From: the human T2T-CHM13v2.0 reference genome, Homo sapiens
DNA: 64,000 nucleotides
Assembly (NCBI RefSeq): GCF_009914755.1
Contig: NC_060947.1
Strand: one strand, 5' to 3'
A program made the position numbers and the translations under genes. The first letter of the stretch is position 1. Every line of letters begins with the position of its first letter. Of the stretch, positions 1 through 19,636 are shown one piece after another. Under the pieces are notes generated by a model that searched no databases, was not told where the DNA came from, and saw only the letters and a list, made by a program, of their open reading frames with translations.

Positions 1-324
<324 letters not shown>

Positions 325-1635
325 TGAGTACTTTCTATTTACCAAGCACTGTTCAAATTGCTTTACACGTAGTAACTAATTTATCCTTACAGCCACCCTG
401 TGAAGTAGGTATTATAATTACTCCCGATTTATTCAGGAAGAACCTAGGATACAGAGAAGCTAAGCAGATTGCTCAAGAACATATATCAGTTAAATAGTGG
501 AGCTGGTATTTGTACCCAGATAGTTTCCAGAGTTTGTGTGATGCAATGTATAAACATCATCAAACTGCATCTTAGCAAAATATGGCATGAATAGTTTGAA
601 AACTATTACTATTCATCACCTGCTGTTAGAAAACGTGAATGTCAGAACAAGACATAGCTGGGATATAAGGTCTCCCTGACACTAGTGGTCAGATGCTCTC
701 TTATGTGTCAATGCTGCATAGTCATTGAAAGACTCCAAAGCCAGACCTTCCTGAGTTCAAACCCCAGCTCCACTTACTAATTGTGTGACATTAGGCAGGT
801 TACTTAATCTCCGTGTGCTTCAGTTTTCTCATCTGTAAAATATAGGAACAGAGAAATGAAGAGAAAGTGATATAAGGGAGGCTGTAATAATAGTACCTAC
901 ATCATAAGATTGTTGTGAAGATTAAATGAAACACTCCTGGCACATGGTATGAGCTCAACTCATTAATCCATTCATCCATTCATTCATTAACTGTTCAGTG
1001 CCTACCATGTGCCGAGCAGTCTGCTTGGTGCTTAGTATATATCAGTGAACGAATCAAAGATCCCTGCCCTCTTGGAGCTTATAGTGTAGGGCAGACTGGA
1101 GGCAAGGGGTGCAGGAAGAACAGAAGATAACATAATGGAGTATGTTAGAAAATAAGTGCTATATTAAAAAAATTAGAGCATGGTAAAGAATAGTGGGAGT
1201 GCTGGAGAGGCTATAAGTTAGCAGTAGGTGTCACCAAGAAGCTAGGATTTGAACAAAGATTTGAGGGAGGTAAGGAAGTAAGATATGTGGATGTCTTGGG
1301 AAAGAGCATTCAAGGCAAAGGGAACAGGTTGAGCAAAGCCCCTAATGGTGGGAGGGTGCCTGTGTATTCTCCGAACAATAAGGCAGCCACTGTTATTGAG
1401 TGGTACCAGCAAGGGTCAAAGGAGTAGGAGAGATCAGAGAGGTATTGTGGGTATGGGTGTGGAGTTAGAGGGTTCTTGATGCAAATCCCATAGAGCCTAT
1501 TACAAAGGCTTTGGCTTTTACTGTAAATCAAATAGAGAGCCTTTGTAGGCTTTTGAGCAGAGTTGTAACATGATTTGACTTAGTGTTTTGTAATGGTCTC
1601 TCTGGATACTGTGCTGAGAATAGACGCTGGGCAGG

Positions 1636-2561
<926 letters not shown>

Positions 2562-2815
2562 GCGGGCAAGTGTAGAAGCAGGAGGCTATTGCAAGGTCCA
2601 GTCAAAAGATGATGAGGGCCAGAGGAGGGGTGGTAAAGGCGGAAATGGTGAGAAGCTGTCAGATTCTGCTCTGTTGCCCAGGCTGGAGAAGCTGTCAGAT
2701 ATTAGGAAGGTACGGCCAACAGAATTTGCTGATGTATAGGATGTGGGGTGTGATAAATGTTAGCTATTATTATTATCTGCACAAATAGTTTATCCACATA
2801 TAATATATGCTTATA

Positions 2816-3220
<405 letters not shown>

Positions 3221-4090
3221 CACATACTTATAAATGTATATGTTTTCATTGCCCCAAATAGCCCAGGTTTGAGGCTACTGAAACTAGGATCATTTTCCAG
3301 GGCAATCAAAAGTAGCCTATTTTGCTGCATGATCCAAGAAAAAAATCACATTACTTCTCTGAGTCTCAGTCTCCCACGTGGTGAAATGAGAAGGTTGGGC
3401 TCCATTGTATGACTGTATAATTCTATTAATACAATATCAAGTGCTTTGTTGCCTTAGTATTGGTAAATCTTCCAGAGGATAGTAAACGTTTTCTGACTTA
3501 CATATTTGAAAACCTATCTCCAAGTCTGCAGTAGCTTTGAATAACAAAACTCTCTGTCCTAATCGTTGTTGATCCTCTGCCATTTGATACCGATGGTACA
3601 AGGAGTGACCCACCATATTTAAAAAGATAATTACGGCAAGACCAAGGTAATCTTTGTGCCTTTTATTCACGAATATGGGGGTGGTGTGGAGTTGCTTGGT
3701 GAGAATCTGAAACTCTACCTGAAATAAAGGTTTGGAATTCTGGGTCTCAAGATTTCTGACTCCATTTTCCAGAACACACCCTGAATTATCACCATCAGTG
3801 TGTTTGTATTTATATTTTAGGAAAGTGATGAATGTATAAGGCAATATAATAATAAGAATAGCAAACAGTTGTATAGGATTTATTCTGTGTCAAGTACCGT
3901 TCTAAGGGTCTTAAAAACATTAACTCACTTGATCCTCACAACACTCATGAGTTAAGTCCAATTAGTATTCCCATTGTACAAATGAGGAAAGTGAGGCACG
4001 GAGCAATTAAGAAAGATTCCTTTATTATAAGGGATCTTACCTCCAGCAGAAATAAATGGGATCCTTTTAAAATAATTAAAACAAATGATA

Positions 4091-4424
<334 letters not shown>

Positions 4425-4944
4425 TCAACGTCAAGGAAAGAAGTTCTGTCAGAATCCCACAAATTAATTCTGAAGGAGTCAGTCAATAATAAAACACACA
4501 TTGACATTAGGACTCTTCCTACCTCCAACCCTTGTTGACTTTGGTTCTCTAAGGAGGAAAAAGGTGATTGAGAACTAGGCCTCAGGGCACCTGGAAGAAG
4601 CTTTGCCAGCTCTCAAACACCTGTTACATCCGGTTCCCAAGAAGTTTTGAAGCTTTGAAATGTATCCTGGTATTGTTCCTAAGTCACTCCCTTGCTAGGT
4701 CCTTGATAAATTAGACTGGCACGTTTAAAAAATTCTTAAACCTCCTTTCACTTGAGATCCCAAAGCCAATATTTCCTTTCACCCTAATGCTTCCTAGAAA
4801 ATACTAGCTTTCCTAAGAATCACTCTTGTTACTATTTCAGACACCCCAGACCCACGGTTTCAGGTCCCACAGCCTGGGTCAAGTCCATCGTGGTGATGGA
4901 AGAATTAGTACTGGGCAACCAGGCTAATCAAAATCTGAGAAGAT

Positions 4945-5580
<636 letters not shown>

Positions 5581-6345
5581 TTAAAATCTATAACACAGTG
5601 AAAAGCATGGGCTTGTCACCCAACCAAATCCTGGAAGTTGTGAGCAAACTTTGAAGTAGGAAGACAGTACTTTGGGGACAAATAAAAGGAAACAATTTCA
5701 CACTGTCAGTAGTGTGGAACTAGTTGCCCCCAATGGGTTTTAAATTCAAGTAGGGTGCAAGAGTGGTTTAGAGAAATTCCTGAGTGGCAAATGAGGAAAC
5801 CATGGGCTCTCTGAGATACAAGCCCAGTCTTCCGTAGGGGCATAGCCACGGCACAATGCTCTCCTGACCTAACGTCCTTAAAACCTTGGTCAGAAGTCAG
5901 ACCATTGTGCTAATGCGTGAGGGTGTGCGTGGGGATGGAGGGTGGGGTGGAACTCCTGCATAGTTAGCAACCCTGCACCAAATCCTGGCAACCTTCCAGA
6001 GCAAACCCTCCACCATGTCATGCTAATAACAGCAGACCTAGGAACTGACCCTATGCCACGCCGTCTGGACCCGCATACAGTCATAGTGTCCAGGTGGCTT
6101 TGTGAGTCACCCAGACCCTCCGAAATAATCCCACTGCGGGTGGGGCTGCCTTGCAGTTTCTGGCCCCTTCCCACCCTGACTCAGCTTTCCTTCCACGAGC
6201 TCCTATTTCTTGCCGGGCAGAAGCCGCCGCGGTACCCGCTTCACCGGGCATGCTCAGTCCTCCGGCCAGGCTTTGACTGCGGGACGCCAGCGTCCGGCCC
6301 CCTGCGCGCGTCCGGAGTCCGGGTCCCTTTAAATCGGGCAGGCTC

Positions 6346-6358
6346 GTTGCTAGGCAAC
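6346..6358. promoter_or_regulatory. RFX X-box motif
   Basis: GTTGCTAGGCAAC, a near-palindromic match to the RFX consensus GTTGC(C/T)ATGGCAAC-type site. Confidence 0.8.
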
Positions 6359-6359
6359 C

Positions 6360-6517
6360 GCGCGGCCCGCGCTGGCGCTGCACTGCGGTGGCTCAGCCCG
6401 GAGCCGGCCCGGCGGGGTCGCGGTGGCCAGAGCCGAACGGGGGGCTGCCGCGCGCGGGTGGTGGTTGTCTTTGAGGAAGAGAGGTTCGGGCTCTCCAGAC
6501 GGCATCCACGCTTCCAG
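6360..6517 (+). other. CCDC160: CCDC160 non-coding first exon (5' end approximate)
   Basis: Strong donor CAG|GTATGT at 6517/6518 inside the CpG island; no ATG in the exon. Confidence 0.75.
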
Positions 6518-7463
6518 GTATGTCTGCGGACGGGAAAGCCCGGGCTCCCCCGGGCTCGCCCCTCTTCTTCCCGGACACAGGGGGCGAAGGGGCGGGGAGC
6601 CAGGGGCAGGCGCCCAGGTCCGCACCCCAACCCCCACTGCAAGTTATTTCTGTCCTTAGAGCCCCAGGCCGGGGCTGGAGAGCGTTTGGGAGGGAAAGGA
6701 CCAGGACGTGGGAGTGGCAGTGCGGAAAGAGGAGTGGGGTCAGGCCTCTCCCGCCGCCCGCCAGCGACTAGGTCGGGACTGGGGAGGTGGAAAGTGTCAC
6801 CTGCAATGGGGACCGAAGCAGCGCCCCGACCCCGAGCCACCTTCTCTCCTCGGGAGGCAACGATGGCAGGAGTTTCAGTTAACAATTTACAGAGAAAACT
6901 CCCAAACTATGCATACAAAGATACAGCTTTGTAGCAAGAATGTGACTCTCATACTAATAAAGTCTCAGCCTTCGGAATTAAGGTGACTCCCCGTATCTTT
7001 TCTTCTAGAAGGAATAACTTCACACTAATAACAAAGAACTGGGGAGTAATAAGCATTCACGGGGCCCAGTTTTCAATGGTACTTTTCTTCCCCCTCAATA
7101 GCTGCCAAGCAATAGAGAAGACAATTTGTCCCGGGAAGTGGACACTTTGGCCCATATATTAGGACCCTGACAGATGAAGGCAAAAATCAGGATGACTTCC
7201 CTTTTCGATGTTTTTTTGTTTGTTTGTTTCAAATTAACTACACTCTGAGGGAGGGAGGCAAGGCCTGGGCTCCAGCCTTTTGCTAATGCGGTTCCTGGCG
7301 TGCTCATTAACAACAAGCCAGGGTGGCTCCTTTGCTCAATAGGTGCTAAAAGTGAGGAGGTACTGTGTTGAATAAAATTTCCTCATGATTCTTGTCCCAT
7401 TTGATATCTGTATGGCTTGGGGAAGGAAGACTTAGTGGCATAATAGTTGGGGAAATGGGTTGA

Positions 7464-7843
<380 letters not shown>

Positions 7844-7952
7844 CATCACTTGTCATTTTAATCTACATCTCAGATATAAACACGGGTTTGGGCATTCTGG
7901 TTAAATGTATTTCCTGATTACAGGGAGGGAGGCGGAATTTTCTTTTTTCCAG

Positions 7953-8014
7953 TTCAAACTGGAGAAGGAGGGCAGAGATATCCAGTAGACAGAAGATCTT
8001 GGACCCCAGGAAGT
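7953..8014 (+). other. CCDC160: Probable 62-nt 5'UTR (cassette) exon of CCDC160
   Basis: Acceptor tttcttttttccAG at 7951-7952; donor GTAAGT at 8015-8020; no ATG. Confidence 0.65.
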
Positions 8015-9836
8015 GTAAGTACAGTCGTGTTAGCTGTTATCTTTTTGGGGTGTTTAGAAGCACAGAGCCTTACGCAACATAACTCTTCAGCCTTGTAATT
8101 GATCGTCTGCATTGTCAGTAAGCTCTCAGGAAGGCCTCATAAAAATACAAAGGAAAAGTGTCCTGAAGACTTCAGCTAAGCCAAATAAACTTCAAGGGAA
8201 AAATAAAAGTGCTTTCTCTAAAATACCATCCCCCAAAACTTTTTAAGCCAGAGGAGAAATTATGTCAAAAAAAAATTTTTTTAAACTAAATTAGAATCAA
8301 AGCATTGTAGAGATTTCAGGAAGAATATTAAGGATCATTCATTAAACAAATATTTATTCAGGGCTACTATGTGTCAGGTAACAATGCCAGGCCATCATAG
8401 CATATTTGTATAATAAAGGTCTGTGTGAAATGCCACAGAAGCACAGGAACAATTCAGAGTGCAAAATCATCCTTGCTAATCTTCAAACGAATACTCCTGT
8501 ATTTCTGAGAAGTTATTGGTGCCTCTGAAATACAGTGGGACATTTGGAAAACTCTTGGTAAAGCAATTGGTGATTTTAAATTGCCAATATATTAGGGTGT
8601 AGAAAAGACTACCACTTTTTTGCTTAGATAAAATCAATTCAGCTTCAGAAATTTGGGGACATCAACAACTAACTTACAGAAGTTAGGGATAATTTTTCCC
8701 TGAAGATGCAGATTAAATTAATCTGAGATTGGAGTTTAGGCTTCCTTATATTTATTTTAATAGTGCCTACTTTTTTTTTCAAACTAACTTTTTCTGAGGT
8801 CTGATGACTTCCGGCTGGCCACTTTGGAGTACATATCTCTGGAGAAAGTTTAGGTTGTTTAACTGGCTGGTTTATGTTCAAAGGGAGGGTAAGGAAAACC
8901 TGAAAATGAACAAAACCCATTGTTTACAGTACACTTTAAAAGTTGCTTTCATTTCCATTTTCATTCATTTTTCTTAATCACCTGTGAAACAGGTATATTG
9001 TCCCTATTTTACACCTGAAGAATCTGAGGCTTGCAGTTCTAAAATGTGGGGGCCAAGATATCTGACTCCTTCAGTCTTTTTTCCACCATAGTCCACACTC
9101 AGTTCCTTTCTCAGGAACTTCCTTTTCCTTCTTCCCCACAATGTTGCATGGTAAAACATATTGATCCATCTTAACTTCAGACAGTTCATTTGGGTCCTTC
9201 TTTTGGTATTTAATGGTTTTCTGCAAGTCAGTGAAAAAGGGTGGAGAATGGGGAATCTCCCCTATAGGGGGCAGGTCAGAATCTTCTAAGGAAAGAGGGT
9301 AATGATGGGAGTGTTTTTGTGTCTGGAAACAGTGGAAGCAGGAAAAAGAGAGAAAAAAAAGGTTGAGAACCACTGCTCTGAAGTGAGAATAAATTGGACA
9401 GTTGAGAAGGAAGCAAACCTAGTGATTTCCTTTGTAACAGATTTTTTTCCTATTTTGGTGGAGCAGTTTTTCTAAGAGTCCAGAGAACAGACCATCCAAG
9501 AATAAGGGGAGAAAGTTCTTTATGTTAAGAGGAGCCCTTTGTCTTCACCTTACTGCCCCTAGGCAGTGACTAAAAGCCATGCCCCTTGTTGAGAGCTACT
9601 AAGCGACTGAGGATAATGACAGGTTACTCAACACGGGTTGGAGATGACCTTTTCCAACCATCATTCCCAGTTTACAAAGTTTGAGAGGAAGGACCCTTGT
9701 GAGATGGGAAAAAGCCTTTGGCATTCTTCCAGAACTGTTTTCCAGTCCCTACCTACTCTGCCTGGAAGAATAATGGAATTTTGCAGGCAGATCTAAATTT
9801 GTGAAGAGAGATGGTCCTGAAAATTTGAAACCAAAT

Positions 9837-10150
<314 letters not shown>

Positions 10151-13100
10151 TGTAAATGGGATAAGGCAACAGAAAAAAAAAATTGATTTATGTCATCAAA
10201 TTTCCCTAAAGCCTGTGATTTAAAATATGAATATTTTAGAAAACAAATAATTAAATTTCACATCCGCTTTAATATGATTATACTCTCTGGGGCCCCAGCT
10301 GAAAAATGAAACTGAGATGGTTTGTGGATTTCTCCTTTCAGAGTAAACAGTAGTGTATTATTTTATGGAGCTATTTGAGAATAGATGTGCATTCCTCTAA
10401 GATTTTTATGGAACAGTGCACCTATAGGTCCATTGTAAATGACTGTTCTTTGCTTAGCTCTCAACATTTATGTTACATCATGTTATATATAAATTCATAT
10501 TCAATTTATTTTATCAGTGGTTCTCAAATTCTTTAGGTGAATACAAACCACTTTCATGAGACAAGAGATCTCTCACTCCACAAAAATGTCCTATTACTTT
10601 GCCACTGCAAAAAAAAAAGTCACCTGAGGATAAATGATGATGTTTTCAGTGAGACACTAACTAGAACCATCAGGAATCCATTATTAACTCATGTCAGACA
10701 CAAATGAATAGATGTAGTCATATTGTAGACACATACGCCTTAACAGTGCAGTCCTAAGGGCTTCTGGGGGATTGCTATCTTAGAGGACTACTTGTCCTAT
10801 GACTTTGTATTGTTTTCCTGTCTGTGTTCTAGATTATTTGCTTCTAAAGAAACCAGTTTTTCATCCCCATTGGGCCTCCTTCCCCTACCCTTCTGACCTT
10901 CAGTATCCAGTGTAGTGTTGGGTAGGCACTTATATTAATAAATGTCCACAACTGACCCACTAACAGGCATGCCTACACTTTCAATAATGGCTTCTGGTTT
11001 GGTTTGCCTTATGCTGGAACAAATTACCTAGTCAAGTTTATTGAGAACAAAATGGCTACCAGGCCAGGGTAGAGGAGTGTCATTGCCTTAAAGCATATTC
11101 CTTGTTCTTGCCAGAGAATACTAATGCCATACTCGTTCTGCATAAAAAAACAAACAGTACAATTTGTGAAGAGAAAATGAGACTGGCAGCTTTTACCCCG
11201 AGTCTGGGATTTGCCACATTCTGTGACTAGATTTGGGAACAAGCCCTTAAAGGATATCTTGCCAATGAAAGAGAGAAGAAAAAAAAAAGAGCAGCTCAGA
11301 GACTGCTTGACCCTGCCCTGTGTAAGCCATGGGAGGGAAATTCCAAAAGGCTTTTCAAACCTTTCTCTTTCTGTTCTTTGAAATGTGACATGCAGTTCTC
11401 CTTACCCTCCCCCCTTCACTTTTCCTCTCTTCTTTTGTGGCCTTTTAAAAGATACCTAAGCTCTGAAAATAGTGAGTTGTTTTCTTTCAATATGGGGAAT
11501 GAAACCTAGCAGATGAATAAAGAAGAATTTTAGAACAAGCACTGACCTGAGAGACAGGGTCCTCAGTTTTACTACTATGGGCTGTGTGGCCTTGGTCAAG
11601 TCACTTAACTTCTCTGGGCCTTAGTCATAAATGGGCTCTTCCCATTTCAGTAGCTATATAGGCTTCACTGAAAGGCATTTCCTTTCAGACACCAGGAAAT
11701 TATACAGAGGCTCAGGGAAGAGAGACAGTGAAAATTAAAAAGTGTGTGTGTGTGTGTGTGTGCATGTGTGCATATGTGTATGTGTTTTGCCAGAGATTTA
11801 TGGGATGGTTGGATGTAGAAGTAACTTTTTCAAGGAGCAAAATTATTAATGAAAAGAGTTTTTTATTTTAACCTTTATCCATACCCAGACCTCTATCTCA
11901 GATAGAGATATTCTTGCTATCTCCAGATATAAAGTGTCCACACTTTACTTGCCCCTGTGCTCACCTCCTTCCTAATCAATCCCACCAATGCCCTTCATCC
12001 AGAATTAAGTAAGAGGAATAGTAATCTCTCTGCCATTGCTACCTGATTAGAAGCATTTTTATCATCTATATAATTGTTGGGTAAAAATTTGACTGCTAAA
12101 AAATGTGACTGGCAATTAACATCACCCTCTTTTCTCCTCTCTCTGTTCCTTTCCTCTATGATTGCTGTAATAATTCCTACTGATTTGCATTCATATTTCT
12201 AGAGATGAGGGAAACCAAGATAATGATATTTCCCTTTAAGAACAGATCAATCAATGATGCTTCTGGATGGTGACTCGTGGAATAATGAAAGTCAGAAAGA
12301 ACTGTTTCAAAAGAAAGAAGATGATGCTCCAATGGCAAATATATATTGTGAATTTAAAGTCTGAGTTTATCATTGTGGTCTGATTGACCTCAAGAAAGCT
12401 TGGCTTCTGGCTTTTGGACCAATCATTTTAGTACCTTCACTGAACTCTCCAAATAGTTCATCTTAAGAATATATGTACCTTCTCCTTTCCTCAAAGCCAA
12501 GTAGTTGCCAGTAGGGATGTACTCTTGGGGATGGTGAGTCCCTTCCATCTTTTGTGGGGAAAAGGGGAGAGGAGAGGTATGTTCAGTACCTGTAGGTATC
12601 AAGTTTATTCCTTCATTGCTCATAGTAAGGAAAACCTGTGTTATTTAAAAATAAACTACTGTTTGTAAAAAGAAAAGAGAAGATAATACACCAAAAAGTA
12701 GTTATCTCAGGGCCATGAGATTATGAAGGAGATTCCTTCTGTTTTCTGTGCTTTTCTCTGTTCTCCAAAATTGTTATAATAATCAAAGAAAATATTAATT
12801 AAGAAATAAATGCAACATTTGCCATTTCTCATTACCAGCAGAAAATTACATTTGAGTGCATAGATAAAAGAGATGCAGGCATACTTTGATTTTTCTACAT
12901 GGTGATACTACAAATATGTTTTGGTGAATTAATATATAAAATGAATAAAGTGACCCTCTCCTTCTTCTCCTCACCCTTTAGGGCTAACTTCAGCTACCAG
13001 TTGGTGGCTTCAGGTGCCAGTGGCCCTCCACATACTGCTCTGGTTCTTCTTTCTCCCTTCCCTCAGAAGTAGTCACTTATCAAATATTTCAGTGCTGTGG

Positions 13101-13822
13101 GAAAGCTGTACATTAAGGATGTACAGCTTTGGGTAGGGAAGACTCTTTTTGGAACAAAATAATCATCCTCATATTTTTATAAACTTGGAAAGTTGGTTGT
13201 GATTTAGTATGCTGAATTTTCACCTAAAAACTACACTCAGAGTCAGTATCTTGAGAAAAACACATTTGGTGGCATTAATATTTTCAATTGTTGACATTAG
13301 GTTCTCCTCATGAAATTGCTGTCAAAATGGATAGAATTCTGTACACTTGGCAGTCTTGCCTAAAAGCAAAGCCCAAGACTGGAATAGCAGGAATTTATAG
13401 GTCAAGACAGAAGGGCATTTGGCAGAGTTAGTCATAAGGAAGTCTGCATGGTATACTTTACCAAAAGCAGCTCACATTTCATTAAGCCCTGATGTTTTAG
13501 TCACTTTAAAGAATGAATTAACAATAGTCCAATCCAAAAGAACTAGAAAGGCATCAGACACATTGAAAGCACAGGTATTACCAACATTAACCTATTAATT
13601 TCAAATCACTTTTTTTTATTTTAAAGCAGTCTGTTTTTATGTGTACAGTTGTTTTCTTATAGAATCACTTTCTCTGTGTACAGTAAGTAGCTAAATGTGT
13701 CAGTTTACTAGTTCTATTTCATAGGATGAGAGACTTTTAAAGCTGGAAGCATCTGTAGAACTTAGCTCTTTCAGCCCTTTCCATTTATAAATGAGGGGAC
13801 TGAGGCCCAAGCCATTCAGTGA

Positions 13823-14953
<1,131 letters not shown>

Positions 14954-15175
14954 AACTTAAAAAAATCCTTCCAGTAGGCAAGTCATTGAGCCAAATCAGT
15001 GTTTATTGTATTTTCTTTGCGTATTACTTAAAATATATGTAATAGGATGTTATTTTCATTTTCAGTAAATCACAGTATCTATAAAACATATACATGTTTC
15101 CAAGCTTCTGCTTTCTCTTTCTGATGAAGTTATTGCAGGAATACAAATGGAAACGAAGCTTTGGAAATCTCATAT

Positions 15176-15180
<5 letters not shown>

Positions 15181-15217
<37 letters not shown>

Positions 15218-15226
15218 ACACACACA
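15181..15226 (+). repeat. (TG)17 followed by (AC)n in the 3'UTR
   Basis: Direct reading. Confidence 0.95.
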
Positions 15227-15356
15227 TATATTCACTCAAAAACACATAATGATTCACCAAATCATTTATGAATACAAATCAGCAATTTTGTGATCTCGTA
15301 AGCAAATATGTCTTTGGCACGTGAATATTTTTCCATCTGTGTTCATTGATGTTAAC

Positions 15357-15362
15357 AATAAA
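15357..15362 (+). terminator. CCDC160: Polyadenylation signal of CCDC160 (proximal)
   Basis: AATAAA about 400 nt after the stop, followed by GT-rich tcttgtttatgtgt; a second AATAAA lies at 15996-16001. Confidence 0.65.
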
Positions 15363-16271
15363 AATCTTGTTTATGTGTATAAGCCTAACATATGCCTGTG
15401 GGTCTTATAACTGCCTGTTCAAACTCAATGGGATACCAAAAATGTATCTGCTTACTTTGGGGGTCTAACTTTAATTCGGTACATATAAACATCTCTGGAA
15501 AAAAATGTAGTTTTTTTCTTCCCCCTGCTGTTTTCCCCAGGCTTTCTCCTTTGACCTGGCCACGGTTCCCATAGACTACAAGACGACTTAGAGACATTGC
15601 TGTGACCTTTTGCTAGAGCCCTGCTCTTGCCAGCAGTGGCTTTTGTGTTTTCTTATGTTGACCAGTAAGGGGCATTGTTTACACAGTTCTTCCAAAACTC
15701 GACCAGGGGAAAATTTCGAAGCTTCCTCCCCGGCTTACATCACAAGTTGGCGGGGACTGTGGTGAAGTTGGATGTCATCTGGATAAACTTTTAGTGAGCT
15801 GGCTTGATTTTTACAGTAATCCAGCCCTGTAAGGGCTCCAGGTGATGACAATTTATTTTACACTTATACATGGTAAAAATGTACTGCCTCAATCCTTGGG
15901 TGGAAGTGATGGGCCAGTTGACTCTACCATTTGTTTGTATCAGTCATCAAGATATCCTGTAATAGGAGCTCTATTTGCATGGTGTTTTAAAGCCTAATAA
16001 ACCAAATGTAATTGCACACTATGAGGATGAGATACAATTGTTTTAAGGGTTTAGGTGTCTTCCCTGTTGGGAAAATCCCTAGACTGGGAGTCAGGACATT
16101 TGGCTTCTAGTACCTGCTCTGCCAGTAACTAGTTAACTTTCTTCCCCTAAAAGTCCTCATCTATAAAACAAGGCAACAGATCTATCATCGAGATTCTGTT
16201 CAGTTCTAATGTTCTGTGATTTCACCTCAATGATTTTATTTGCAAGTGTAACTCTACCTGTAAGGAAGTAA

Positions 16272-16628
<357 letters not shown>

Positions 16629-17202
16629 TGGATGCATTCAATTCTAATACTTTGGGGGACCTACTTTGCAGACTCCCTTTGAAAGAAAATATAAGCAGGG
16701 TCCTTTATATAGTTTGAACATCTCCAAATACTATGAATAATAAATCAATAGAGGTTGTTTCTCTACCTTTCTCTTGTTTCCTCTTTATTCATTAAGGTTG
16801 GGGAAGGCACTGAATGGATACTGACTAAGCTGACCTGGAGGCTGAACAAGTCTTGCCTTGCCTGGGAGGACTGGCGTAAATTGGAAGATGCTAATCTTTG
16901 GAGCTCTGTGACTTAGTCCTGATAAACCTAACCCAGGCACTGGCAGCCTGCCTTAAAGGGGGAGATGACTTTCAGGTTTTTAGTGGTCACTGGCTTCCCA
17001 CCAAGGGTCTAGGTACGAAAGCAAACTAGGAACTCGTTGCCCTATTTTACTTTCTTCTTCATCACCCCCTTATAAGATTGCCCCTTTGTACTTGCCTCAT
17101 AAGACGCTCATTCCCTGAATGCTAATGTGCAGAGCTGCTTACATGTTTAAAAATTTTACAATGTATTAATTAAGCTACTAGGCTCAATCCTTTCAATATA
17201 AT

Positions 17203-19636
<2,434 letters not shown>

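Larger units (their letters stand above)
6200..6870 (+). promoter_or_regulatory. CCDC160: CpG island / promoter of CCDC160
   Basis: Sharp rise in GC and CpG density in unique sequence; TTTAAA at 6328-6333; GC box GGGGCGGGG at 6589-6597. Confidence 0.9.

Noticed and set aside
5942-6934. 330-aa ORF and overlapping 214-aa antisense ORF as stand-alone genes
   Set aside because: CpG-island stop-codon depletion, low-complexity R/G/P composition, and the + ORF has a GTG start and crosses a splice donor; only the spliced in-frame possibility is retained as a finding
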